The translations under genes were made by a program, and so were the position numbers. Under the pieces are notes generated by a model, which had not been told where the DNA came from, ran no database searches, and saw only the letters and a list, made by a program, of their open reading frames with translations. This document shows positions 1 to 8,008 of a DNA stretch of 31,536 bases, one piece after another (position 1 is the stretch's first letter; each line of letters starts with the position of its first letter). The DNA lies in NCBI GenBank assembly GCA_964587725.1, contig CAZPLO010000015.1, forward strand, positions 1-31,536. Direction: 5' to 3'. The DNA is from an uncultured archaeon (GTDB lineage: Archaea; Altiarchaeota; Altiarchaeia; IMC4; SCGC-AAA252-I15).

Positions 1-3000
1 CGCAGTCCACGTGACCGCCGACTCATCCCACAGGGACGTCACATTATACATTGAGTCTGTGATACTGTATGTGGTGTTCCACAGGTACATGCTAACGTAA
101 GAGTAGGTGATGTTGCCGCCCGACGGAATCTGGGAGACGTTGAACTGCATCAGGGAACGCCAGTACTCGCCGCCCTGACGGCCCACGAATAGGGAGCGGG
201 TGTTGGGGTAGTTGACGTCCGTGTTGTTTTTGATGTGCGCGTCCGAACTGTTCACCTCCGCCGGCTGAATCAGCCAGTAACCGAACGTCGGCGCGATGTT
301 CCCGGGTATCTCTCCGACGGTGAACATCCGCTCCTCCGACAAATTGCTGAACGAGCCATCACTTACGTTCACCGACCAGTAGTATGAGCCGTTCCGGAGG
401 CGGTAGAGGTCCAGTACCTCGGTGGCTGAGAGGGTGCGGTTCCATACGGCCACCTCGTCTATGCTGCCGTTGAAGAAGTCCCTGTAGGGGTCGGTCGACG
501 GGTTGCTTCCGACTGTAAGGTGGTAGGTGGAACTCCAGTCCAAACTACCTCCGCGGGTATCATTACCCTCCAACGCTCCGTTAAGGTATACTCTGACTGC
601 GGTGCCGCCGCCGTCCGAACCATTCCATGTTACTGCAACATGAACCCACTTGTCATCCGGTACAACATTGGTTCCCTGAATCCAGTTGGTGTCGCTGCTC
701 TTCTGTATGCTGACTCTGCCGAACCTCAAGGCGAAGTCGTAGTTTTTGTCTATGACACCCGACCCCAGCGCGTGCCTGGTGGAGACGATGGTGTGGTAGT
801 TGCCGGAAACGTTGGCTTTTATCCACGCAGCCACTGTGAAGTCGTCGAGGTCGTATAATAATGCGGCGTTCCCGCAGTCCACGTAGTCGTCGACTCCGTC
901 GAAGTCCACCGCACCCGCGAACTTGCCGGAGCCGGCGTCCGGCTCCCCCGAACCCTTGAACGTGCCGTTGTTGTCGTAGCCGCTGAAGTCGTACGCCCAC
1001 GAATCGTTCTCGCCATAGTCGGAGTTGTTGTCCAAGTGGAGTATGAGCACGGGACTGTCGCCTTTAACAGACTGGACTTCATACGTGATTTCCGCGTAAA
1101 CCGCGGCAACCGAAGCTTCCCACGGCCCAGTATACTGCACCCTCACCTGCAGGTTGTCAAGGTCGGTTTGATCCCAGCTTCCGGTAAACGTCGCGTTAAG
1201 CCACTGATAGGATGTGGTCAGGTTAACGTTCTCCGCGGTCTGCCATGACCCATCGACGTAGATGTTGAGTTCCAGGTCATAGTCATCCCACTCCTGGTCC
1301 GACTTGCCGTAAACCCACACCATAATCTGCGACACAGACTCAACACCGGATATCGTCTCCATATCGTATTCGTCGATGTCATCGCTTAACCCTGTGAGGT
1401 ATTCGGTGGTGTCTGGGGCGGAAGGCTGTCTTACGCTATCGTTGACCTGCACGTAATTGTATGTGGTGGGGCAGCTGGGGCCTGCGCAATCCCAGGTTAC
1501 TGTGGAGCCGTCGCCGTCGGGGTCAACATAACCCACAGCTGACGACAGACTCTCCGAACCAGCCACCGGCAACGCCGTCACATTGTATTCCACCAAGCTG
1601 GTGTTCAGCAGCGTGTTGTTGTGGTATACTAGGCGGAGGTCTCCGCTGCTGTTGCCCACGTACACCCACGCCTCCAAGGTGTCGTTGTTGATGTCCGTCA
1701 AGGTCGCGTTTAGTATCCTCCACGCGGACTCGTTCAAGTCCAGGTCCGGAGGATGGTCGAGGGTAGCGTAAGGTGCCGTTGGGGGAGGCCCGCCCGCGCC
1801 GCCCGCCATCTCCTCGCCGACGGTGAAAATCCACGCCTCCGACTCGTTGCCACCGTACTCGTCCGACGCATTCACAAACCAGTGATACGTGGTCTCCGAC
1901 AGGTTGGTCCAGTTATATGTGAGGGTTGCCGCTGAAGTGGAGGTGGACAGGCCGGAGTCGTTGTAGAGGAGCCCGTACGAAGCCGTCTGGTTGCGGCCAT
2001 AAAACCACACGTCCACGGGGTCGCCGTTGACGTCGTCCACCGTAGCGTTCAAGATGCGGTAGGTTGGGGTGTCGGCGGTGCCGTTCGACGGCGAGTTCAA
2101 AGTCACATACGGGGGCGTCTGCGGCAGCGTCGTGGTGGTCACATTACACCAGCTGGGGGCTTCGGTTGTTGTGACAGAGCCGTTCAACCCGTCCGAGCCT
2201 GGGCCGGAACCGCCGCTGACGTCGTATGATGCGCTGCCGTTGTCTAACACGCTGCAGTAGCCGACGGTTACGGAGCCGCCGTCGCCGCCCGAACCTGCTG
2301 AAGAGCCGCCGCCGGTGACATTCAATGTGTTGGAGAGTGAAACGTTGTACGCCTCTATGGCGAGTGTTCCTCCGTCGCCTCCTGTGCCGTCGTCCACGTC
2401 GCCGCCGCCGTAAAACAGCAGGGACGCGGACAAGTTGAACCAGCCCGTGTGAGCCCGGAGGGTCGCGTTGCCGCCGCGTTCGTTAACGGACTTGTCGGAC
2501 ATCCCGGAGTAGCCTTCCACGCCGCATGAGACGCCTATGTTGCCGGATGAGTCCAGTGTCACGGTGCCTCCCATGCCGCCTGCCCCTAGGTCGCCGAGGC
2601 CACCGGACACGTTCACGCACCCCAACAGGATACCGGACGCGTTCACTGTGAGGGAGCCGCCGGGGCCCCCTCCGCCGTACTGCGAGTACCCGCCGGCCGC
2701 GGACACGGACACGTTAGCGTAGTCGGCGGCGTACACGGTGACGGAGCCACCCCCCAATCCGACGTCGTTGTTGGAGTCGCCCGCGTCCGCGTTCAACTGG
2801 CCTACATGCACCCATGAATTCAATGAAGTGATGTTGACCGAGCCTCCGCGGCCTCCGCTGCCGCCCTCGCTCTGCAGAGTGTCCACGGAGCCGCCGGACG
2901 CCAGCAGTGTTTCAGCGTACACGCTTTCGTTGACGTATAATGTGATGTTGCCGCCGTATCCCGCATCGATGGTGAATGTGTCGCTGCCGTAGTCTCCGCC

Positions 3001-6000
3001 GCCGGTATCGACTCCGCCGTATATGAACGCGTACCCGGACTCCACCCCCACGTATCCTCCGTCGGGGCGGGGGAGTGAAGATGAACCGCTCCAGTTGAGG
3101 TCGCGGCCGGACGCGTTCAACACCGCTCCAGAGGAGACTGAGAAGTTGTTCGTGACATTGAAGACTATGTTCCTGCTCGCGTTCTCCCCGTCCACCAGAA
3201 GAAGAACGGTGCCGTTGACGGTGACGTCCTCGGCACCGCACACGTACTCCCGCCGCGACCCGTTGTATGGGCACCGCGACTCCACATCTTCGAACGAGTC
3301 CGCGTAGAAGTGGGGGAGGGTGGTCGTTGTGACGGTGGACCAGTCGACTGTGAGGCGGGGCTGCTGGCCCTCCGTACCCTCCGACGACGTGAACGCGGCG
3401 TAGTCGGATTCCTGGGATTCGTTGGCTGAACCCAGGCCGACTGTGAACAGGTCCGATGGGAGAGAAGACTGTAGATCGGACGCGCCTTCGGAGCCCAGGT
3501 CCAGGCTCTTGTATCCTTCCACGTCGCAGGTGCCGTTCGACGCGTAGAGTGTGCCGTTGCCTGCGTCCTCCCACAGGCCCGTGGCGTCCGACGCGTCGCT
3601 GTAGTGTGAGCCGGACTCGCCCATGGGGTATGCGGTGCATGCACAGTCCGCGCACGATACCATGGGGCTTTCCACGTACGCCTCCACCACCGCCGAGGAG
3701 ACGGTGGCGTCGTCGGGTATGGTGCTGACGTTGAAGTCTATGAACGCCCTGTACACTCCCGAGCTGTTGCCGACCGCCAGGGTGAGGGCGTCCGGGAATA
3801 TGGTGGAGGAGTCGGTGTCGCCGTCCAATGTGATGTTGCCTTCGCCGACCGACCACGTCGGGTCTATGGTGATGGGATACGATGCGGACGCCATGAACTC
3901 GTCGTCGAGTGTGAGTGTGTATGCGTAGTTTCGGCCGGTGCTCACCAGTTCATCGTCAACCGGGTTTCTGCGTCCGCGGCTGTCGTACGCGTACGGCGGC
4001 GTGAAACCGAACACCCTGTTGTCTTCGCGGTCGTACAGTCCGTAGCCGCCCCGGTCCTCCCTCAACGTGAGGCCGGTCAACGCCAGGCGGAACGTGAACC
4101 GAGTCGGAGCCGACATGTTGTGGAGTGTGATTTTCTCCTTCAGCTTACGCGGACCCACCGTGTACAGGAGGTCGGACGCGTTCCATATGCCGTAGTACGC
4201 TATGGTGTCCCCGGACGCCAGCGCAGGGACCTCGTACGCGTCGGCGGGCGTCGACAGCACGTAGCCGCGGCCGACGCCGAAACGCAGCGGACCCAGGGAG
4301 GTGGAGCTGAAGTAGGTTTGATGGTCGACTTCCGCGACGGAGTAGTCGTATTCGCCGTCCCTCTGCCTGAGTATGTGGGTGTCGTACTCGCGCCAGCTGC
4401 CGTTGACGAGGTAGTTGAGGGGCTGCATGCTGATTTCCGACGTCACGGTGCCGTCCGGGTTCACGTACGAGCGGGTGAATCGGCCGGTGGCGTTGCCTAG
4501 GCTCGGCCTCCGGTCGACTACTATGCGGTAGGTGTGGTTGCCTGGGCGGGGCATCCGCCAGCGGACCCAGTCCACGCCGCCGTCGGAGTCCACGTCCTCG
4601 AGGGTGAAGTTGTAGAGGGGGCTGCGGCTCACGTCGTAGAGGAGCCTGTCCCGCACCTCATAGAGTCTTATCCTGTTCCTGGACGCGTTGACCACCGACG
4701 AATACAGTGCCACGTTCTCCTGGGCTGTGACGCTCCTCACCGACACCGACTTCACCCAGTAGGATTCGGAGTCCGACACCACCTCCTCGTCCTTCACCAG
4801 GCCGGGCGTCGTATAGTACATGGTGTAGTTGCGGCCGCCCTGGAAGGACGTCTCGAACCGCTGCACACCCTCCTCCGACGGGACTCTAATGAGCTCCAGC
4901 CGCTCCCCGCCGTCTTCCAGGATGTACACGTCTTCGGCGTAGGAGGGCGCGGCTATGGCAACCGTGAACTGGATGGATTCATCGTAGCGGGCGGATATGG
5001 GCATCGCCCACGTTATATCCTTCCCCACCTCCACGGGGCCGGCTGGGACAGCATCGCCTGTTTCGAGGAAGTAGTCGAGGAGGCTGATGTTCAGGCCCGC
5101 ATACACTCCTGACTCGTAGACGGTGAAGGTTACGTTGGCTCCGCCGTCGGCGTAGTCTATGGACAGGGGATTCCAGGTGTCGCAGGTGAAGGACGTGAAG
5201 TCGAAGTCCTGGCACACTCCCACCGCGGTGACGTCGGCGGACTTAGGCAATGTGACGGTCATGTTGTCGAATGTGAGACCCCTGGTGAGGGTGAACGCCC
5301 AAGTGGAAACTATGGATTCGTTGACTGGCCCGAAACGGGCGGTTATCGTGCCGGGGGTGTCCCTCAACCCGTGGACGACCGCCTTTGCGGCGGAAGTCGA
5401 TGACGACAGACCCTCACTGTATTCAGTCCCGTAGGCGGGGGCGGGGAGAGTGTCCGCGCCTTCGACGGTGTATTCTGCGGTGGCCTTCTGCGGAGCCGAA
5501 CTAAGGAGCAGCCGGACGGACCCGCCCAACCCCGTAATCCGGGAGTGCCCTAAGGGGTTGCCCCGGGAGTCGAGGACGGACACCACCAGTCCCCCTATGT
5601 CGGCGGACGGATAATTCACGGAACCGCGGCCCAACCCCAAGTAATCGACCTCTTCGATGTGTAGTAGGGTGTTTAGGCCTACGTACGCGTCCAATCGTAT
5701 GTCCAAGGGTATTGCGGGTATACTGCAGGAGTCGATGCACGCCCTGGTGAAACTGTATTTGGGGAGGTAGAAGAACGCCGGGAGGAAGTCCCACCCGCCC
5801 CGGTAGATGAGGTATCCGGTATCGCCGGATTCGGTGAAGTCCACGTACACGACCTTCGCGCCCACCACATTCTTACTCGACGTACTGTATCGGCCGTGGG
5901 GGAGGTAGAAGTTCTCGTCCCACGTGCTGCCCGACACGGGACTCAACCCGTAGATGATGCAGCAGCCTTCGCTGCCGTGGCAGACGGTTGTGAGGTTGCC

Positions 6001-6555
6001 GGAGTAGACGGAGTACACCTCCCATATGGTGCACAAATTCTCCTCGTCCAAGTCGGCGTTGAATACGGTGTCTTCGACTGTGAAGTCTATCGCCGAATAG
6101 GGGGTTTCCCGTCCGTCGTCGTCGGGGTCCCACCTGCTCCCGGAGGCGTAGTCGAGTGTGGTGGAGATTTCATCCGAAACCCCCGCGGTGGAGTTGATGA
6201 GAGACACAATATCCGATATGTTCTCGTCGAGGTCGGGGTCCACCTCCTCCAGCACGCTGCCGTTCAACACGAGAAGGCGCTCGCCCCCCACGGTAACGTA
6301 GAGTTCCACGTCCCCGCCGCCTAGGACGTAGCCTGAGAGTCGGAGGGACATTGGGTTGTCGGATAATGAAACGTATGCCGTGGAGTTGCCGGTGAGATTC
6401 AAACCCAACTGGTCCGTGTATTGCATGGAACCGAACGCGGCGAACCCCGTGAAGCCGGGACCCAACAGCAGGATGGCTGCGGCGGCGGCGGCCGCCAAAA
6501 ACAGTGCAACGGCGGGGACTCTTTTTCCGCCACCCGCTTTCACGACAGTGTTCAT
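1..6555 (-). CDS. Giant secreted/cell-surface modular protein, at least 2185 aa, 3' end outside the window (WapA/Rhs-N-like, DNRLRE-like x2, Gly-rich solenoid, Ig-like repeats, LamG)
   Basis: Manual translation from ATG at 6555 (GGAGGT SD upstream) gave no stop down to base 1. It starts MNTVVKAGGGKRVPAVALFLAAAAAAAILLLGPGFTGFAAF (signal peptide). Motifs: KLKEKITL...YPITIDPT; YRAFIDFNVSTIPDDATVSSA...PRLTVDW; FTVAAWIK...WVHVAVTW...VYLNG...FNGSIDEVAVWNRTLS (LamG); WRSLMQFNVSQIP...WDESAVTW. Confidence 0.93.
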   Translation of the reverse strand, partial: MNTVVKAGGGKRVPAVALFLAAAAAAAILLLGPGFTGFAAFGSMQYTDQLGLNLTGNSTAYVSLSDNPMSLRLSGYVLGGGDVELYVTVGGERLLVLNGSVLEEVDPDLDENISDIVSLINSTAGVSDEISTTLDYASGSRWDPDDDGRETPYSAIDFTVEDTVFNADLDEENLCTIWEVYSVYSGNLTTVCHGSEGCCIIYGLSPVSGSTWDENFYLPHGRYSTSSKNVVGAKVVYVDFTESGDTGYLIYRGGWDFLPAFFYLPKYSFTRACIDSCSIPAIPLDIRLDAYVGLNTLLHIEEVDYLGLGRGSVNYPSADIGGLVVSVLDSRGNPLGHSRITGLGGSVRLLLSSAPQKATAEYTVEGADTLPAPAYGTEYSEGLSSSTSAAKAVVHGLRDTPGTITARFGPVNESIVSTWAFTLTRGLTFDNMTVTLPKSADVTAVGVCQDFDFTSFTCDTWNPLSIDYADGGANVTFTVYESGVYAGLNISLLDYFLETGDAVPAGPVEVGKDITWAMPISARYDESIQFTVAIAAPSYAEDVYILEDGGERLELIRVPSEEGVQRFETSFQGGRNYTMYYTTPGLVKDEEVVSDSESYWVKSVSVRSVTAQENVALYSSVVNASRNRIRLYEVRDRLLYDVSRSPLYNFTLEDVDSDGGVDWVRWRMPRPGNHTYRIVVDRRPSLGNATGRFTRSYVNPDGTVTSEISMQPLNYLVNGSWREYDTHILRQRDGEYDYSVAEVDHQTYFSSTSLGPLRFGVGRGYVLSTPADAYEVPALASGDTIAYYGIWNASDLLYTVGPRKLKEKITLHNMSAPTRFTFRLALTGLTLREDRGGYGLYDREDNRVFGFTPPYAYDSRGRRNPVDDELVSTGRNYAYTLTLDDEFMASASYPITIDPTWSVGEGNITLDGDTDSSTIFPDALTLAVGNSSGVYRAFIDFNVSTIPDDATVSSAVVEAYVESPMVSCADCACTAYPMGESGSHYSDASDATGLWEDAGNGTLYASNGTCDVEGYKSLDLGSEGASDLQSSLPSDLFTVGLGSANESQESDYAAFTSSEGTEGQQPRLTVDWSTVTTTTLPHFYADSFEDVESRCPYNGSRREYVCGAEDVTVNGTVLLLVDGENASRNIVFNVTNNFSVSSGAVLNASGRDLNWSGSSSLPRPDGGYVGVESGYAFIYGGVDTGGGDYGSDTFTIDAGYGGNITLYVNESVYAETLLASGGSVDTLQSEGGSGGRGGSVNITSLNSWVHVGQLNADAGDSNNDVGLGGGSVTVYAADYANVSVSAAGGYSQYGGGGPGGSLTVNASGILLGCVNVSGGLGDLGAGGMGGTVTLDSSGNIGVSCGVEGYSGMSDKSVNERGGNATLRAHTGWFNLSASLLFYGGGDVDDGTGGDGGTLAIEAYNVSLSNTLNVTGGGSSAGSGGDGGSVTVGYCSVLDNGSASYDVSGGSGPGSDGLNGSVTTTEAPSWCNVTTTTLPQTPPYVTLNSPSNGTADTPTYRILNATVDDVNGDPVDVWFYGRNQTASYGLLYNDSGLSTSTSAATLTYNWTNLSETTYHWFVNASDEYGGNESEAWIFTVGEEMAGGAGGPPPTAPYATLDHPPDLDLNESAWRILNATLTDINNDTLEAWVYVGNSSGDLRLVYHNNTLLNTSLVEYNVTALPVAGSESLSSAVGYVDPDGDGSTVTWDCAGPSCPTTYNYVQVNDSVRQPSAPDTTEYLTGLSDDIDEYDMETISGVESVSQIMVWVYGKSDQEWDDYDLELNIYVDGSWQTAENVNLTTSYQWLNATFTGSWDQTDLDNLQVRVQYTGPWEASVAAVYAEITYEVQSVKGDSPVLILHLDNNSDYGENDSWAYDFSGYDNNGTFKGSGEPDAGSGKFAGAVDFDGVDDYVDCGNAALLYDLDDFTVAAWIKANVSGNYHTIVSTRHALGSGVIDKNYDFALRFGRVSIQKSSDTNWIQGTNVVPDDKWVHVAVTWNGSDGGGTAVRVYLNGALEGNDTRGGSLDWSSTYHLTVGSNPSTDPYRDFFNGSIDEVAVWNRTLSATEVLDLYRLRNGSYYWSVNVSDGSFSNLSEERMFTVGEIPGNIAPTFGYWLIQPAEVNSSDAHIKNNTDVNYPNTRSLFVGRQGGEYWRSLMQFNVSQIPSGGNITYSYVSMYLWNTTYSITDSMYNVTSLWDESAVTWTA

Positions 6556-6708
6556 GTGTGCGAGACCTCCGATTCAAGGTCCAAGCCAGGAAACCGCCTC
6601 CCCCGGACATGCATATTGTTTAATATTATTCCCTGGGATTCTATAAATAACTCGGAAATACAACCATATTCCCCCATATATTCCTTTTATTGTCAGCCAC
6701 CGCCTATT

Positions 6709-7731
6709 CTATTCCGGCCTGCCCATCCTCCTCGTCGCCTTCAACACCGCGCCGCCCAACAACGCGTCCCTGCTGCCGACGTAGTTGACTATCTGCCGGA
6801 CCGTCCACTCCATCTGCGCCGACGCAATGTGGGCGTCCATGTGCGCCAGATACAGGGGGAGGGGGTAGCCGTACTGGCGGCTGCCCTTGCTCAGCGACGC
6901 TATGATGGATAATACGCCGCTGAAGTCCTTCTCCCAGTCTGGGACGTCCACCCGCAACGGATTCGACAGCTTAGTCGGCTGCATGTAGGCTGTGGGAAAG
7001 CCTGCGACGACGCCGGATTCGATGGTTTCATCCGCTTCGAAGCGTGACTGCGGCCGGAACTCCACAGTCCGGTATATGCTGTCGCCGGCGAGAATCCTCA
7101 CCACCGTCGAGTCGGTCATGTACTTGGGGAACTTCACCCCGTACTTCTGCGCGAGGTGGTGGGTGAGCATCCTGCTCTTGCTGTCTTCGGAGACGCCCAC
7201 CAGTCGGATTTTCCTCTTCCTGCAGGCCCGGAGGAGGCGGACGTACTTTTTCCTGTACAGCTCGTATTCAGGGCATTTTATTGGCTTACGCCTCGACTTC
7301 ACGTGCAGGGAGCCGTCCAAAAACACCATCTCCGGACTGTGTTCTTCAACAGCCTTCAACGCGACGTCGAATTCCATGCCGTCGCGGAGCAGCTCCACAC
7401 GCTCCTTGGTGTGGTCGTCGTAGTCTATCACGTTCATGTCGAGGTCGCGGACGAACAACTCCCCCTCCCCGGCCTCGCCGGTAGACAGCATCAGCCCGGA
7501 CGCCCGTATGAAGTACACGCCGAGGCCGAGAAGCTCCCGCAGGCCTTCGCCGCCGTCGACGAAACACATCCTAGACTTCACGTCGCCTGCTTCGTTCAAT
7601 TCCATGAACATTTCGTCCTCGGGTATCCTGGTCCGCAGTTCGCCGACCGCCTTCGCATACGAGCTCCAGCTGCTGAGTATCTGGGCGCGGCGGCGGCTGT
7701 ATTTGTCAAGCCAGAGACTGTAGTGGCGCAT
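6709..7731 (-). CDS. nurA: NurA-family DNA double-strand-break repair nuclease
   Basis: FVDGG, FLDGSL and C-terminal GYPLPLYLAH motifs typical of NurA. ATG at 7731 (GTG at 7734 is an alternative). Confidence 0.85.
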   Translation of the reverse strand: MRHYSLWLDKYSRRRAQILSSWSSYAKAVGELRTRIPEDEMFMELNEAGDVKSRMCFVDGGEGLRELLGLGVYFIRASGLMLSTGEAGEGELFVRDLDMNVIDYDDHTKERVELLRDGMEFDVALKAVEEHSPEMVFLDGSLHVKSRRKPIKCPEYELYRKKYVRLLRACRKRKIRLVGVSEDSKSRMLTHHLAQKYGVKFPKYMTDSTVVRILAGDSIYRTVEFRPQSRFEADETIESGVVAGFPTAYMQPTKLSNPLRVDVPDWEKDFSGVLSIIASLSKGSRQYGYPLPLYLAHMDAHIASAQMEWTVRQIVNYVGSRDALLGGAVLKATRRMGRPE

Positions 7732-7810
7732 CACAGAAGTATAGGGAGCGGGGGTTTTTTACCGCAAGGCTTTTTAACCCGTTCTCCCAATATAGTTGTC
7801 CGGTGGTTGG

Positions 7811-8008
7811 ATGGATTGCAAACTCATCATCTGCGAGTTGATGAACGAACTCAAGTCGGTTAAGGCAAGCTACTTGGAGGAGCAGCTGAGCTGGCAGGGC
7901 ATCGAGAAAACCGAGATAAGCAGGTCCATCAACATTCTCGTCGAACGCGGCGTCATATACCGCGGCAAAGGCGGGAACCTCGAACTGACCGACCCAGTCA
8001 GCACCTAA
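7811..8008 (+). CDS. Small stand-alone winged-helix protein (resembles the MCM C-terminal wH)
   Basis: 65 aa, GIEKTEISRSINILVERGVIYRGKGGNL helix-wing pattern. GGTGG precedes the ATG, and the ORF fills the nurA-topA gap. Confidence 0.65.
   Translation: MDCKLIICELMNELKSVKASYLEEQLSWQGIEKTEISRSINILVERGVIYRGKGGNLELTDPVST

Noticed and set aside
520-6912. About 30 short ORFs on both strands
   Set aside because: They are alternate-frame or antisense shadows of the single giant minus-strand CDS, caused by GC-rich codon bias.
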